DNA of 64,000 nucleotides from Escherichia coli (GTDB lineage Bacteria; Pseudomonadota; Gammaproteobacteria; Enterobacterales; Enterobacteriaceae): NCBI RefSeq assembly GCF_003334785.1, contig NZ_QOWV01000002.1; one strand, 5' to 3'. Shown piece by piece: positions 41,418 to 51,232 of this stretch (position 1 is its first letter; each line of letters starts with the position of its first letter). The notes under the pieces were generated by a model. It saw only the letters and a program-made list of their open reading frames with translations, ran no database searches and was not told where the DNA came from. The position numbers and the translations under genes were made by a program.

Positions 41418-43898
41418 ATGTTGAGAATGACCCCACTTGCATCAGCAATCGTAGCGTTATTGCTCGGCATTGAAGCTTATGCAGCTGAAGAAACCTTTGA
41501 TACCCATTTTATGATAGGTGGAATGAAAGACCAGCAGGTTGCAAATATTCGTCTTGATGATAATCAACCCTTACCGGGGCAGTATGACATCGATATTTAT
41601 GTCAATAAGCAATGGCGCGGGAAATATGAGATTATTGTTAAAGACAACCCGCAAGAAACATGTTTATCAAGAGAAGTTATCAAGCGGTTAGGCATTAATA
41701 GCGATAACTTCGCCAGCGGTAAGCAATGTTTAACATTTGAGCAACTTGTTCAGGGTGGGAGCTATACCTGGGATATCGGGGTTTTTCGTCTCGATTTCAG
41801 TGTCCCGCAGGCCTGGGTGGAAGAACTGGAAAGTGGCTATGTTCCACCGGAAAACTGGGAGCGGGGTATTAATGCGTTTTATACCTCTTATTATCTGAGT
41901 CAGTATTACAGCGACTATAAAGCGTCGGGTAATAACAAGAGTACATATGTACGTTTTAACAGCGGGTTAAATTTACTGGGGTGGCAACTGCATTCTGATG
42001 CCAGTTTCAGTAAAACAAATAACAATCCAGGGGTGTGGAAAAGCAATACCCTGTATCTGGAACGTGGATTTGCCCAACTTCTCGGCACGCTTCGCGTGGG
42101 TGATATGTACACATCAAGCGATATTTTTGATTCTGTTCGCTTCAGAGGTGTGCGGTTGTTTCGTGATATGCAGATGTTGCCTAACTCGAAACAAAATTTT
42201 ACGCCACGGGTGCAGGGGATTGCTCAGAGTAACGCGCTGGTAACTATTGAACAGAATGGTTTTGTCGTTTATCAGAAAGAGGTTCCTCCTGGCCCGTTCG
42301 CGATTACAGATTTGCAGTTGGCCGGTGGTGGAGCAGATCTTGATGTCAGCGTGAAAGAGGCGGACGGCTCGGTAACCACCTATCTGGTGCCTTATGCAGC
42401 GGTGCCAAATATGCTGCAACCCGGCGTGTCGAAATATGATTTAGCGGCGGGTCGTAGCCATATTGAAGGGGCGAGCAAACAAAGTGATTTTGTCCAGGCG
42501 GGTTATCAGTATGGTTTTAATAATTTATTGACGCTGTATGGTGGCTCGATGGTCGCGAATAATTATTACGCGTTTACTTTGGGGGCTGGCTGGAATACAC
42601 GCATTGGTGCCATTTCCGTCGATGCCACTAAGTCGCATAGTAAACAAGACAACGGCGATGTGTTTGACGGGCAAAGTTATCAAATTGCCTACAACAAATT
42701 TGTGAGCCAAACGTCGACGCGTTTTGGTCTGGCGGCCTGGCGTTATTCGTCGCGTGATTACCGGACATTTAACGATCACGTTTGGGCAAACAACAAAGAT
42801 AATTATCGCCGTGATGAAAACGATGTCTATGACATTGCCGATTATTACCAGAACGATTTTGGCCGCAAAAATAGCTTTTCCGCCAATATGAGCCAGTCAT
42901 TGCCAGAAGGTTGGGGGTCTGTGTCATTAAGTACGTTATGGCGAGATTACTGGGGGCGTAGCGGCAGTAGTAAGGATTATCAGTTGAGTTATTCCAACAA
43001 CCTGCGACGGATAAGCTATACCCTCGCGGCAAGCCAGGCTTATGACGAGAATCATCATGAAGAGAAACGTTTTAATATTTTTATATCGATTCCCTTTGAT
43101 TGGGGTGATGACGTTTCGACGCCTCGTCGGCAAATATATATGTCTAACTCAACGACGTTTGATGATCAGGGGTTTGCCTCAAATAATACGGGATTATCAG
43201 GAACAGTAGGGAGTCGGGATCAGTTCAATTATGGTGTCAACCTGAGTCATCAACATCAGGGAAATGAAACGACAGCTGGGGCGAATTTGACCTGGAACGC
43301 GCCGGTTGCGACAGTGAATGGCAGTTATAGTCAGTCGAGTACTTATCGACAGGCTGGAGCCAGTGTTTCAGGGGGCATTGTCGCCTGGTCGGGTGGCGTT
43401 AATCTGGCGAACCGTCTTTCCGAAACGTTTGCTGTGATGAATGCGCCAGGAATTAAAGATGCTTATGTCAATGGGCAAAAATATCGCACAACAAACCGTA
43501 ATGGAGTGGTGATATACGACGGAATGACACCTTATCGGGAAAATCACCTGATGCTGGATGTGTCGCAAAGCGATAGCGAAGCAGAATTACGTGGCAACCG
43601 GAAAATTGCCGCCCCTTATCGCGGCGCGGTTGTACTGGTTAATTTTGATACCGATCAGCGCAAGCCATGGTTTATAAAAGCGTTAAGAGCAGATGGGCAA
43701 TCATTAACGTTTGGTTATGAAGTCAATGATATCCATGGTCATAATATTGGCGTTGTCGGCCAGGGAAGTCAGTTATTTATTCGCACCAATGAAGTACCGC
43801 CATCGGTTAATGTGGCAATTGATAAGCAACAAGGACTTTCATGCACAATCACCTTCGGTAAAGAGATTGATGAAAGTAGAAATTATATTTGCCAGTAA
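41418..43898 (+). CDS. yehB: outer-membrane fimbrial usher
   Basis: Start at MLRMTPLASAIVALLLGIEAYA (826 aa); large usher-sized ORF. Confidence 0.9.
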   Translation: MLRMTPLASAIVALLLGIEAYAAEETFDTHFMIGGMKDQQVANIRLDDNQPLPGQYDIDIYVNKQWRGKYEIIVKDNPQETCLSREVIKRLGINSDNFASGKQCLTFEQLVQGGSYTWDIGVFRLDFSVPQAWVEELESGYVPPENWERGINAFYTSYYLSQYYSDYKASGNNKSTYVRFNSGLNLLGWQLHSDASFSKTNNNPGVWKSNTLYLERGFAQLLGTLRVGDMYTSSDIFDSVRFRGVRLFRDMQMLPNSKQNFTPRVQGIAQSNALVTIEQNGFVVYQKEVPPGPFAITDLQLAGGGADLDVSVKEADGSVTTYLVPYAAVPNMLQPGVSKYDLAAGRSHIEGASKQSDFVQAGYQYGFNNLLTLYGGSMVANNYYAFTLGAGWNTRIGAISVDATKSHSKQDNGDVFDGQSYQIAYNKFVSQTSTRFGLAAWRYSSRDYRTFNDHVWANNKDNYRRDENDVYDIADYYQNDFGRKNSFSANMSQSLPEGWGSVSLSTLWRDYWGRSGSSKDYQLSYSNNLRRISYTLAASQAYDENHHEEKRFNIFISIPFDWGDDVSTPRRQIYMSNSTTFDDQGFASNNTGLSGTVGSRDQFNYGVNLSHQHQGNETTAGANLTWNAPVATVNGSYSQSSTYRQAGASVSGGIVAWSGGVNLANRLSETFAVMNAPGIKDAYVNGQKYRTTNRNGVVIYDGMTPYRENHLMLDVSQSDSEAELRGNRKIAAPYRGAVVLVNFDTDQRKPWFIKALRADGQSLTFGYEVNDIHGHNIGVVGQGSQLFIRTNEVPPSVNVAIDKQQGLSCTITFGKEIDESRNYICQ

Positions 43899-43913
43899 TA
43901 GTCAGGTGGTTCT

Positions 43914-44948
43914 ATGGAAATTCGCATAATGCTATTTATATTAATGATGATGGTTATGCCTGTGAGCTATGCGGCATGTTATAGTGAGTTATCTGTTCAG
44001 CACAACTTGGTTGTTCAGGGGGATTTTGCACTTACTCAAACACAAATGGCGACATATGAGCATAATTTTAATGATTCGTCATGCGTAAGTACAAATACTA
44101 TCACCCCTATGAGCCCGTCGGATATTATTGTTGGACTTTATAACGATACCATAAAATTAAATTTACATTTTGAATGGACCAATAAAAACAACATCACGTT
44201 GTCAAATAATCAGACCAGTTTCACCAGTGGTTATTCAGTTACGGTGACACCTGCGGCCAGTAATGCAAAAGTGAATGTTTCTGCGGGGGGCGGCGGTTCA
44301 GTGATGATTAATGGTGTTGCGACATTATCCAGTGCTTCATCATCGACACGCGGGAGTGCCGCAGTACAATTTCTACTGTGTTTATTAGGTGGCAAGTCAT
44401 GGGATGCATGTGTAAATAGCTACAGAAATGCATTGGCACAAAATGCAGGTGTCTATTCCTTTAATCTGACATTGTCATACAACCCGATAACCACAACCTG
44501 CAAACCGGACGATTTATTAATTACTTTAGACAGTATTCCCGTTTCACAATTACCAGCCACAGGTAACAAAGCAACAATAAATAGTAAACAAGGGGATATT
44601 ATTCTGCGTTGTAAAAATTTATTAGGTCAACAAAATCAAACATCACGGAAAATGCAGGTGTATTTATCAAGTTCTGACTTGTTAACCAACAGCAACACAA
44701 TACTGAAAGGTGCGGAAGATAATGGCGTAGGATTTATTCTTGAAAGTAATGGTTCGCCAGTCACACTTTTAAATATCACTAACAGCAGTAAAGGATATAC
44801 AAATTTAAAGGAAGTTGCGGCGAAGTCAAAACTTACAGATACAACGGTTTCAATTCCGATAACAGCCAGTTACTACGTCTACGATACAAACAAAGTTAAA
44901 TCTGGCGCACTGGAGGCAACCGCATTAATCAACGTGAAATACGACTAA
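43914..44948 (+). CDS. yehA: fimbrial adhesin-like subunit
   Basis: 344-aa ORF with signal peptide, last gene of the yehDCBA cluster. Confidence 0.85.
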   Translation: MEIRIMLFILMMMVMPVSYAACYSELSVQHNLVVQGDFALTQTQMATYEHNFNDSSCVSTNTITPMSPSDIIVGLYNDTIKLNLHFEWTNKNNITLSNNQTSFTSGYSVTVTPAASNAKVNVSAGGGGSVMINGVATLSSASSSTRGSAAVQFLLCLLGGKSWDACVNSYRNALAQNAGVYSFNLTLSYNPITTTCKPDDLLITLDSIPVSQLPATGNKATINSKQGDIILRCKNLLGQQNQTSRKMQVYLSSSDLLTNSNTILKGAEDNGVGFILESNGSPVTLLNITNSSKGYTNLKEVAAKSKLTDTTVSIPITASYYVYDTNKVKSGALEATALINVKYD

Positions 44949-45004
44949 TAACAAGCAAGACGAGCAAGTGGCTAATAATAAAAAATAACAAGGTGTCTGC
45001 ATTT

Positions 45005-45031
45005 CCCCCTCATGATGAGGGGGCTTTTTTT
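45005..45031. terminator. bidirectional rho-independent terminator between yehA and rcnB
   Basis: ccccctcatgatgaggggg stem followed by cttttttt; A-rich on the opposite side. Confidence 0.75.
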
Positions 45032-45368
45032 AGCGATGATAAAAAATCTCACCGTCGTAGGCTTTAATGATTTTACCGTCGGTGTCGCTGATCAACACGT
45101 ACGCGCCACCCATATAGGTCCAGTGCGTCCCGGCATCAGGCGCGGGCAGGTTACGCAACTGCCACTGCTTAATGTTGTACTCATCGGTACGGTACATTTC
45201 TGGTACGGTGTCCCCTGGTTTGAAATGCTTAAAGTCAGCAATGAAACTACTTAACTCATACTTAGAAATTCCCGAGGTATTGGTCGAACCCGCGGTGGCT
45301 GGTGCGGCCCAGGCGGCACTGGTAACCAGCAAAAGCGCACCCAGCAACATCTTATTTTTAATGGTCAT
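45030..45368 (-). CDS. rcnB: periplasmic Ni/Co homeostasis protein
   Basis: Track ORF 45030..45548; start moved to MTIKNKMLLGALLLVTSAAWA signal peptide (112 aa). Confidence 0.85.
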   Translation of the reverse strand: MTIKNKMLLGALLLVTSAAWAAPATAGSTNTSGISKYELSSFIADFKHFKPGDTVPEMYRTDEYNIKQWQLRNLPAPDAGTHWTYMGGAYVLISDTDGKIIKAYDGEIFYHR

Positions 45369-45586
45369 AAACTCTCCACTTTGGGGATCTGTAATATCAG
45401 TCGCATATCTTTCCTGCCATACAATATAACTGACAAGCGATATTTTGTTAGTGATCCCATGATTTCGTAAAAAGTGTAAATGAAAGGATGCCCTAAAAGC
45501 ATCCTTAGCGAGCAGAGAGTCAGCGGAAATAGCTGATTTAAGAATCATCCTGGGCTGAAGATAACATGCAAGCCTAAAGGATTGAG

Positions 45587-46411
45587 TTATCGCATTATGC
45601 CCATGAAGCCATGTACGCCCATATACACACCGACTAAGCCAATCAACAGACTGGAAAAATAGGGGGCGCGTTTAGCGAGAGTGTTAAATCCGCTCCAGCG
45701 TTTTGCGACCTGCTGAACGCTGATTGCTGCGCCAACGCCTACGGTGACAAGCGTTAACGCCAGGCCAATGCTGAAACTGACGACCAGTGTTGCGCCCAGT
45801 GTCAGGGCTTTCAACTGAATGCATATCAACAGCACGGTAATTGCTGCCGGGCAGGGGATAAGGCCACCGGTTAAGCCAAATAACAAAATTTGCCAGTTGG
45901 TGACCTCTCTACCATCAAAGCGTCGTTTAATGTCATTGGCATGGGCTCGTGCATGGGCATCCTGATACTCGCCATGTTCGTGATGGTGATGATGTCCATG
46001 GTCGTGGTGATGTTCGTGATCGTGATGATGATGCTCATAATCATGCCCGTGCATATTCTCCAGCCAGTTGCGTTCGCCGCGCCAGGTACGCCAGAACATC
46101 CAGAACGCGGTGCTAATAATGATCACTGCGGAAATCAGCTGGAGCCACGGTTCTGCTGATTGAGCAGTAAAGAGCTTGCTGATCACCATCCCGCCAAAGG
46201 CAATTAACCAGACCACTGCGGTATGCGAAATAGTTGCTGCCAGTCCGAGCATCACCGCTTGTTTAATGGTGCCTTTGATGGCGATGATAAACGCCGCCAT
46301 CATCGTTTTTGAGTGCCCTGGTTCCAGGCCATGAAGCGCACCAAGTAAGATGGCGCTGGGGATGAAGAACCAGGCGTTTCCTTGCTGAAGAAGAGTTGTA
46401 AATTCGGTCAT
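45587..46411 (-). CDS. rcnA: Ni(II)/Co(II) efflux membrane protein
   Basis: 274-aa membrane ORF with a histidine-rich loop (HGHDYEHHHHDHEHHHDHGHHHHHEHGE). Confidence 0.93.
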   Translation of the reverse strand: MTEFTTLLQQGNAWFFIPSAILLGALHGLEPGHSKTMMAAFIIAIKGTIKQAVMLGLAATISHTAVVWLIAFGGMVISKLFTAQSAEPWLQLISAVIIISTAFWMFWRTWRGERNWLENMHGHDYEHHHHDHEHHHDHGHHHHHEHGEYQDAHARAHANDIKRRFDGREVTNWQILLFGLTGGLIPCPAAITVLLICIQLKALTLGATLVVSFSIGLALTLVTVGVGAAISVQQVAKRWSGFNTLAKRAPYFSSLLIGLVGVYMGVHGFMGIMR

Positions 46412-46448
46412 GATAATAATTCTTAGTATTAATTCGGCAATCTGATTC

Positions 46449-46483
46449 TACTCCCCCCCAGTACCTGATACTACCCCCCAGTA
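46449..46483. promoter_or_regulatory. RcnR operator sites in the divergent rcnA-rcnR promoter region
   Basis: Two copies of TACT-(C/G)6-7-AGTA (tactcccccccagta and tactaccccccagta), the pattern I recall for RcnR binding. Confidence 0.75.
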
Positions 46484-46531
46484 GATTAATAGTGCTATGA
46501 TTTTTCATATTCTTGTTAACCAGGTGTTGCC

Positions 46532-46804
46532 ATGTCTCATACAATCCGTGATAAACAGAAACTGAAAGCGCGTGCCAGTAAGATTCAGGGCCAGGTCGTG
46601 GCGCTCAAGAAAATGCTCGACGAGCCGCACGAATGCGCTGCAGTTTTACAACAGATTGCTGCTATCCGTGGCGCGGTAAACGGTCTGATGCGGGAAGTGA
46701 TTAAAGGTCATCTGACGGAACACATCGTTCACCAGGGGGATGAGCTAAAACGTGAAGAAGATCTGGATGTCGTTCTGAAGGTGCTGGATTCATATATCAA
46801 ATAA
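46532..46804 (+). CDS. rcnR: Ni/Co-responsive repressor (RcnR/CsoR family)
   Basis: 90-aa [28 protein letters not shown]...; divergent from rcnA. Confidence 0.93.
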
Positions 46805-46897
46805 TTTATTAACGCGATTGTAAAACTGCCGTTTTTCCTCGTTTACAACGCGTGCGCTGGACATTACCATCCTCCTCTGCGATTTATCATCGCAACC

Positions 46898-47026
46898 AAA
46901 CGACTCGGGGTGCCCTTCTGCGTGAAGGCTGAGAAATACCCGTATCACCTGATCTGGATAATGCCAGCGTAGGGAAGTCACGGACCACCAGGTCATTGCT
47001 TCTTCACGTTATGGCAGGAGCAAACT
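46898..47026 (+). ncRNA. TPP (thi-box) riboswitch in the thiM leader
   Basis: cgactcggggtgcccttctgcgtgaaggctgagaaatacccgtatcacctgatctggataatgccagcgtagggaag matches the thiM TPP aptamer I recall, including the CUGAGA thi-box; sits immediately upstream of the thiM start. Confidence 0.9.
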
Positions 47027-47815
47027 ATGCAAGTCGACCTGCTGGGTTCAGCGCAATCTGCGCACGCGTTACACCTTTTTCACCAACATTCCCCTCTTGT
47101 GCACTGCATGACCAATGATGTGGTGCAAACCTTTACCGCCAATACCTTGCTGGCGCTCGGTGCATCGCCAGCGATGGTTATCGAAACCGAAGAGGCCAGT
47201 CAGTTTGCGGCTATCGCCAGTGCCTTGTTGATTAACGTTGGCACACTGACGCAGCCACGCGCTCAGGCGATGCGTGCTGCCGTTGAGCAAGCAAAAAGCT
47301 CTCAAACACCCTGGACGCTTGATCCAGTAGCGGTGGGTGCGCTCGATTATCGCCGCCATTTTTGTCATGAACTTTTATCTTTTAAACCGGCAGCGATACG
47401 TGGTAATGCTTCGGAAATCATGGCATTAGCTGGCATTGCTAATGGCGGACGGGGAGTGGATACCACTGACGCCGCAGCTAACGCGATACCCGCTGCACAA
47501 ACACTGGCACGGGAAACTGGCGCAATCGTCGTGGTCACTGGCGAGATGGATTATGTTACCGATGGACATCGTATCATTGGTATTCACGGTGGTGATCCGT
47601 TAATGACCAAAGTGGTAGGAACTGGCTGTGCATTATCGGCGGTTGTCGCTGCCTGCTGTGCGTTACCAGGCGATACGCTGGAAAATGTCGCATCTGCCTG
47701 TCACTGGATGAAACAAGCCGGAGAACGCGCAGTCGCCAGAAGCGAGGGACCAGGCAGTTTTGTTCCACATTTCCTTGATGCGCTCTGGCAATTGACGCAG
47801 GAGGTGCAGGCATGA
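47027..47815 (+). CDS. thiM: hydroxyethylthiazole kinase
   Basis: 262-aa ORF directly after the riboswitch; 4-nt overlap with thiD. Confidence 0.93.
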
Positions 47816-48612
47816 AACGAATTAACGCTCTGACGATTGCCGGTACTGATCCGAGTGGTGGTGCGGGGATTCAGGCCGATCTTAAAACCTTCTCGGCACT
47901 TGGCGCTTATGGTTGCTCAGTTATTACTGCACTGGTGGCGCAAAATACCCGTGGCGTACAGTCGGTGTATCGCATTGAGCCTGATTTTGTCGCCGCCCAG
48001 CTCGATTCGGTGTTCAGCGATGTGCGAATCGATACCACTAAAATCGGTATGCTGGCGGAAACCGATATTGTTGAAGCGGTGGCAGAACGGTTGCAACGTT
48101 ATCAGATCCAAAACGTGGTACTCGACACCGTTATGCTGGCAAAAAGCGGCGACCCGCTGCTTTCACCTTCGGCGGTTGCTACGCTGCGCAGTCGATTATT
48201 GCCACAGGTTTCATTAATAACGCCAAACTTGCCCGAAGCTGCCGCCTTGCTCGACGCGCCACACGCGCGCACCGAACAGGAAATGCTGGAACAAGGGCGA
48301 TCGCTGTTGGCGATGGGCTGTGGCGCAGTGCTAATGAAAGGTGGTCATCTGGATGATGAGCAAAGCCCGGACTGGCTGTTTACCCGCGAGGGTGAACAAC
48401 GGTTTACCGCACCGCGCATTATGACCAAAAACACCCACGGCACTGGTTGTACACTCTCTGCGGCGTTGGCTGCACTACGCCCGCGCCATACAAACTGGGC
48501 TGACACCGTACAGGAGGCAAAAAGCTGGCTTTCATCGGCGTTAGCCCAGGCCGACACGCTGGAAGTTGGTCACGGTATTGGTCCGGTTCACCACTTCCAC
48601 GCCTGGTGGTGA
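47812..48612 (+). CDS. thiD: hydroxymethylpyrimidine / phosphomethylpyrimidine kinase
   Basis: 266-aa ORF ([27 protein letters not shown]...). Confidence 0.93.
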
Positions 48613-48676
48613 GCACCGTACTATAGCTGCTTTGGTTATTGTCAGCCTTTGGCACTGACATTCAGGGATGAAACCA

Positions 48677-49495
48677 ATGCAGCTAAGAATTACCAGTCGA
48701 AAAAAACTCACCTCTCTATTATGCGCTCTTGGGCTAATTTCCATCGTTGCAATTTATCCGCGTCAGACGGTGAATTTTTTCTATTCGACAGCAGTTCAGA
48801 TTACAGACTACATCCACTTCTACGGTTATCGCCCGGTTAAATCTTTCGCTATTCGCATTCCTGCCAGTTACACCATTCACGGAATAGATGTTTCGCGCTG
48901 GCAGGAGCGGATCGACTGGCAGCGGGTGGCAAAAATGCGCGACAACGGTATCCGCTTACAGTTTGCTTTTATTAAGGCGACGGAAGGCGAAAAGCTGGTG
49001 GACCCCTATTTTTCGCGTAACTGGCAACTAAGCCGCGAAAATGGCCTGCTGCGTGGGGCGTATCATTATTTCTCCCCGTCGGTATCCGCTTCAGTTCAGG
49101 CGAGATTATTTCTGCAAACGGTGGATTTCTCACAAGGCGATTTCCCTGCCGTGCTGGACGTAGAAGAACGGGGAAAATTATCGGCAAAAGAATTACGCAA
49201 GCGGGTAAGTCAGTGGCTAAAAATGGTCGAAAAAAGTACGGGGAAAAAGCCGATTATTTACTCAGGAGCCGTTTTTTATCACACCAATCTGGCGGGCTAT
49301 TTCAATGAATATCCGTGGTGGGTGGCTCACTACTATCAACGTCGTCCGGACAATGACGGAATGGCCTGGCGCTTCTGGCAGCATTCCGACCGTGGACAGG
49401 TAGATGGCATCAATGGTCCGGTGGATTTTAATGTATTTAATGGCACGGTGGAGGAGTTGCAGGCATTCGTTGATGGGATTAAAGAAACGCCTTAA
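48677..49495 (+). CDS. yegX: glycoside hydrolase family 25 (lysozyme-like) protein with N-terminal membrane anchor
   Basis: Track ORF 48668..49495; start moved to MQLRITSRKKLTSLLCALGLISIVAI... (272 aa); GH25-like sequence. Confidence 0.8.
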   Translation: MQLRITSRKKLTSLLCALGLISIVAIYPRQTVNFFYSTAVQITDYIHFYGYRPVKSFAIRIPASYTIHGIDVSRWQERIDWQRVAKMRDNGIRLQFAFIKATEGEKLVDPYFSRNWQLSRENGLLRGAYHYFSPSVSASVQARLFLQTVDFSQGDFPAVLDVEERGKLSAKELRKRVSQWLKMVEKSTGKKPIIYSGAVFYHTNLAGYFNEYPWWVAHYYQRRPDNDGMAWRFWQHSDRGQVDGINGPVDFNVFNGTVEELQAFVDGIKETP

Positions 49496-49546
49496 ATAAG
49501 AAGCAGTGATATACTCCCACCAGACTCCCCGGCAGGAAAAAGACAA

Positions 49547-50293
49547 ATGGAACAAGCGCATACCCAGCTGATTGCCCAACTGAACGAGCGTATTTTAGCG
49601 GCGGATAACACGCCGCTTTATATTAAGTTTGCCGAAACGGTAAAAAATGCCGTGCGCAGCGGGGTGCTGGAGCATGGCAATATTTTGCCCGGTGAGCGTG
49701 ATTTAAGTCAGTTAACCGGCGTTTCGCGCATTACGGTGCGCAAGGCGATGCAGGCGCTGGAAGAAGAGGGTGTGGTGACGCGTTCGCGCGGTTACGGCAC
49801 GCAGATCAACAACATCTTCGAATACTCGTTGAAAGAAGCGCGAGGTTTTTCTCAGCAGGTGGTATTGCGCGGGAAAAAGCCCGATACGCTATGGGTTAAC
49901 AAGCGTGTCGTGAAATGTCCCGAAGAAGTCGCGCAGCAGCTGGCGGTCGAAGCAGGAAGTGATGTCTTTTTGCTTAAGCGTATTCGCTATGTCGATGAAG
50001 ATGCGGTATCGATTGAGGAATCGTGGGTTCCGGCGCATTTAATTCATGATGTTGATGCCATCGGGATTTCACTTTATGACTATTTCCGCAGCCAGCACAT
50101 TTACCCACAACGTACGCGTTCCCGCGTTAGCGCCCGGATGCCGGATGCCGAGTTTCAGTCACATATTCAGTTAGATAGCAAAATACCGGTGCTGGTGATC
50201 AAGCAAGTGGCGCTTGACCAACAGCAACGGCCTATTGAGTACAGCATTAGCCACTGTCGCAGCGATCTATACGTTTTTGTGTGCGAGGAGTAG
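49547..50293 (+). CDS. yegW: GntR/HutC-family transcriptional regulator
   Basis: 248-aa ORF with N-terminal GntR-type HTH (…LPGERDLSQLTGVSRITVRKAMQALEEEGVV). Confidence 0.88.
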   Translation: MEQAHTQLIAQLNERILAADNTPLYIKFAETVKNAVRSGVLEHGNILPGERDLSQLTGVSRITVRKAMQALEEEGVVTRSRGYGTQINNIFEYSLKEARGFSQQVVLRGKKPDTLWVNKRVVKCPEEVAQQLAVEAGSDVFLLKRIRYVDEDAVSIEESWVPAHLIHDVDAIGISLYDYFRSQHIYPQRTRSRVSARMPDAEFQSHIQLDSKIPVLVIKQVALDQQQRPIEYSISHCRSDLYVFVCEE

Positions 50294-51232
50294 TTCCTCG
50301 CGCGTTGGCGCACAATCACCGCCCCGATGCCCGACAACCCACGACGCCACTGCATTGCCCAGTAATACGGCATCCGCCAGTGGCAGACCAGAGGCCAGCC
50401 CGGCAAGTACGCCACCGGCATGACTGTCGCCCGCCCCAATGGTGTCGACAACTTGCGTTGGAAATGCCGGAATGCAGCCAGAAGCGTCGTTGCTGAAATA
50501 CCATGCGCCTTCTTTATCGAGACGAACGATCAACGGCGCGGCAAATTTCTCCTGCCATTGCTTGCCAAGTGTTGTTATCTCTGCGGATAAAGCAAAACGT
50601 TCGGCGGCAATCTCAGCCTCTTGACGATTGAGCGACACTAAAGGTCGACAGGCCATGATCCGCGCCAGTAATGCATCCGGGATATCGCCAATACGTGGGC
50701 CAAAATCGATAAACGGCGTCACGTCTTGCAGCTCTTCCAGCCATTCCACTAACAATTCGCCGCAGGGCGAGGCCAGTTGATAACCGGAAAAATAGAGCAG
50801 GCTGCCAGGCGCAACGGTTAATCGCGCCAGCCACTGGCGATTCCACTGATTTTCAACACCGCTGAATGACATAAAAGTGCGTTCGCCATCCGGCTCAACC
50901 AGCGCCAGACACCAGCCGTTATCACCTTCGGCGTTATCGATCAGGCTGATTAAGCCCTCTTTTGCCATCCGGTTGCGAATAATCTCCGCCCACACGCCCT
51001 GACCGAGCGGCAAGGCATTACCCGCTTCGATGCCGAGGCGCTTTAACGCCACGGCAATATTCAGTGCGCAGCCGCCAACGTTAACGCTCTGCTGTTTCAG
51101 TTCGATATCGCACCCACGCCAGGGGAGGGCATAAGCGTCGGCGATCACGTCAATGACCGCCGCGCCGACGACCATCACCGACTGACGCGTGGTTAATTCA
51201 GGCAGCAGCGTGTGTAATCGAGCGCCGCTCAT
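50267..51232 (-). CDS. yegV: PfkB-family carbohydrate/nucleoside kinase
   Basis: 321-aa ORF; ribokinase-like C-terminal motif (DTIGAGDSHAGG); 4-nt overlap with yegU; 3' end overlaps convergent yegW by 27 nt. Confidence 0.88.
   Translation of the reverse strand: MSGARLHTLLPELTTRQSVMVVGAAVIDVIADAYALPWRGCDIELKQQSVNVGGCALNIAVALKRLGIEAGNALPLGQGVWAEIIRNRMAKEGLISLIDNAEGDNGWCLALVEPDGERTFMSFSGVENQWNRQWLARLTVAPGSLLYFSGYQLASPCGELLVEWLEELQDVTPFIDFGPRIGDIPDALLARIMACRPLVSLNRQEAEIAAERFALSAEITTLGKQWQEKFAAPLIVRLDKEGAWYFSNDASGCIPAFPTQVVDTIGAGDSHAGGVLAGLASGLPLADAVLLGNAVASWVVGHRGGDCAPTREELLLAHKNV

Noticed and set aside
46000-46060. Histidine-codon repeat in rcnA as a possible tandem repeat or CRISPR-like array
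   Set aside because: It is an in-frame His-rich metal-binding loop within a coding sequence, not a spacer-repeat array; no CRISPR repeats were seen anywhere in the window.
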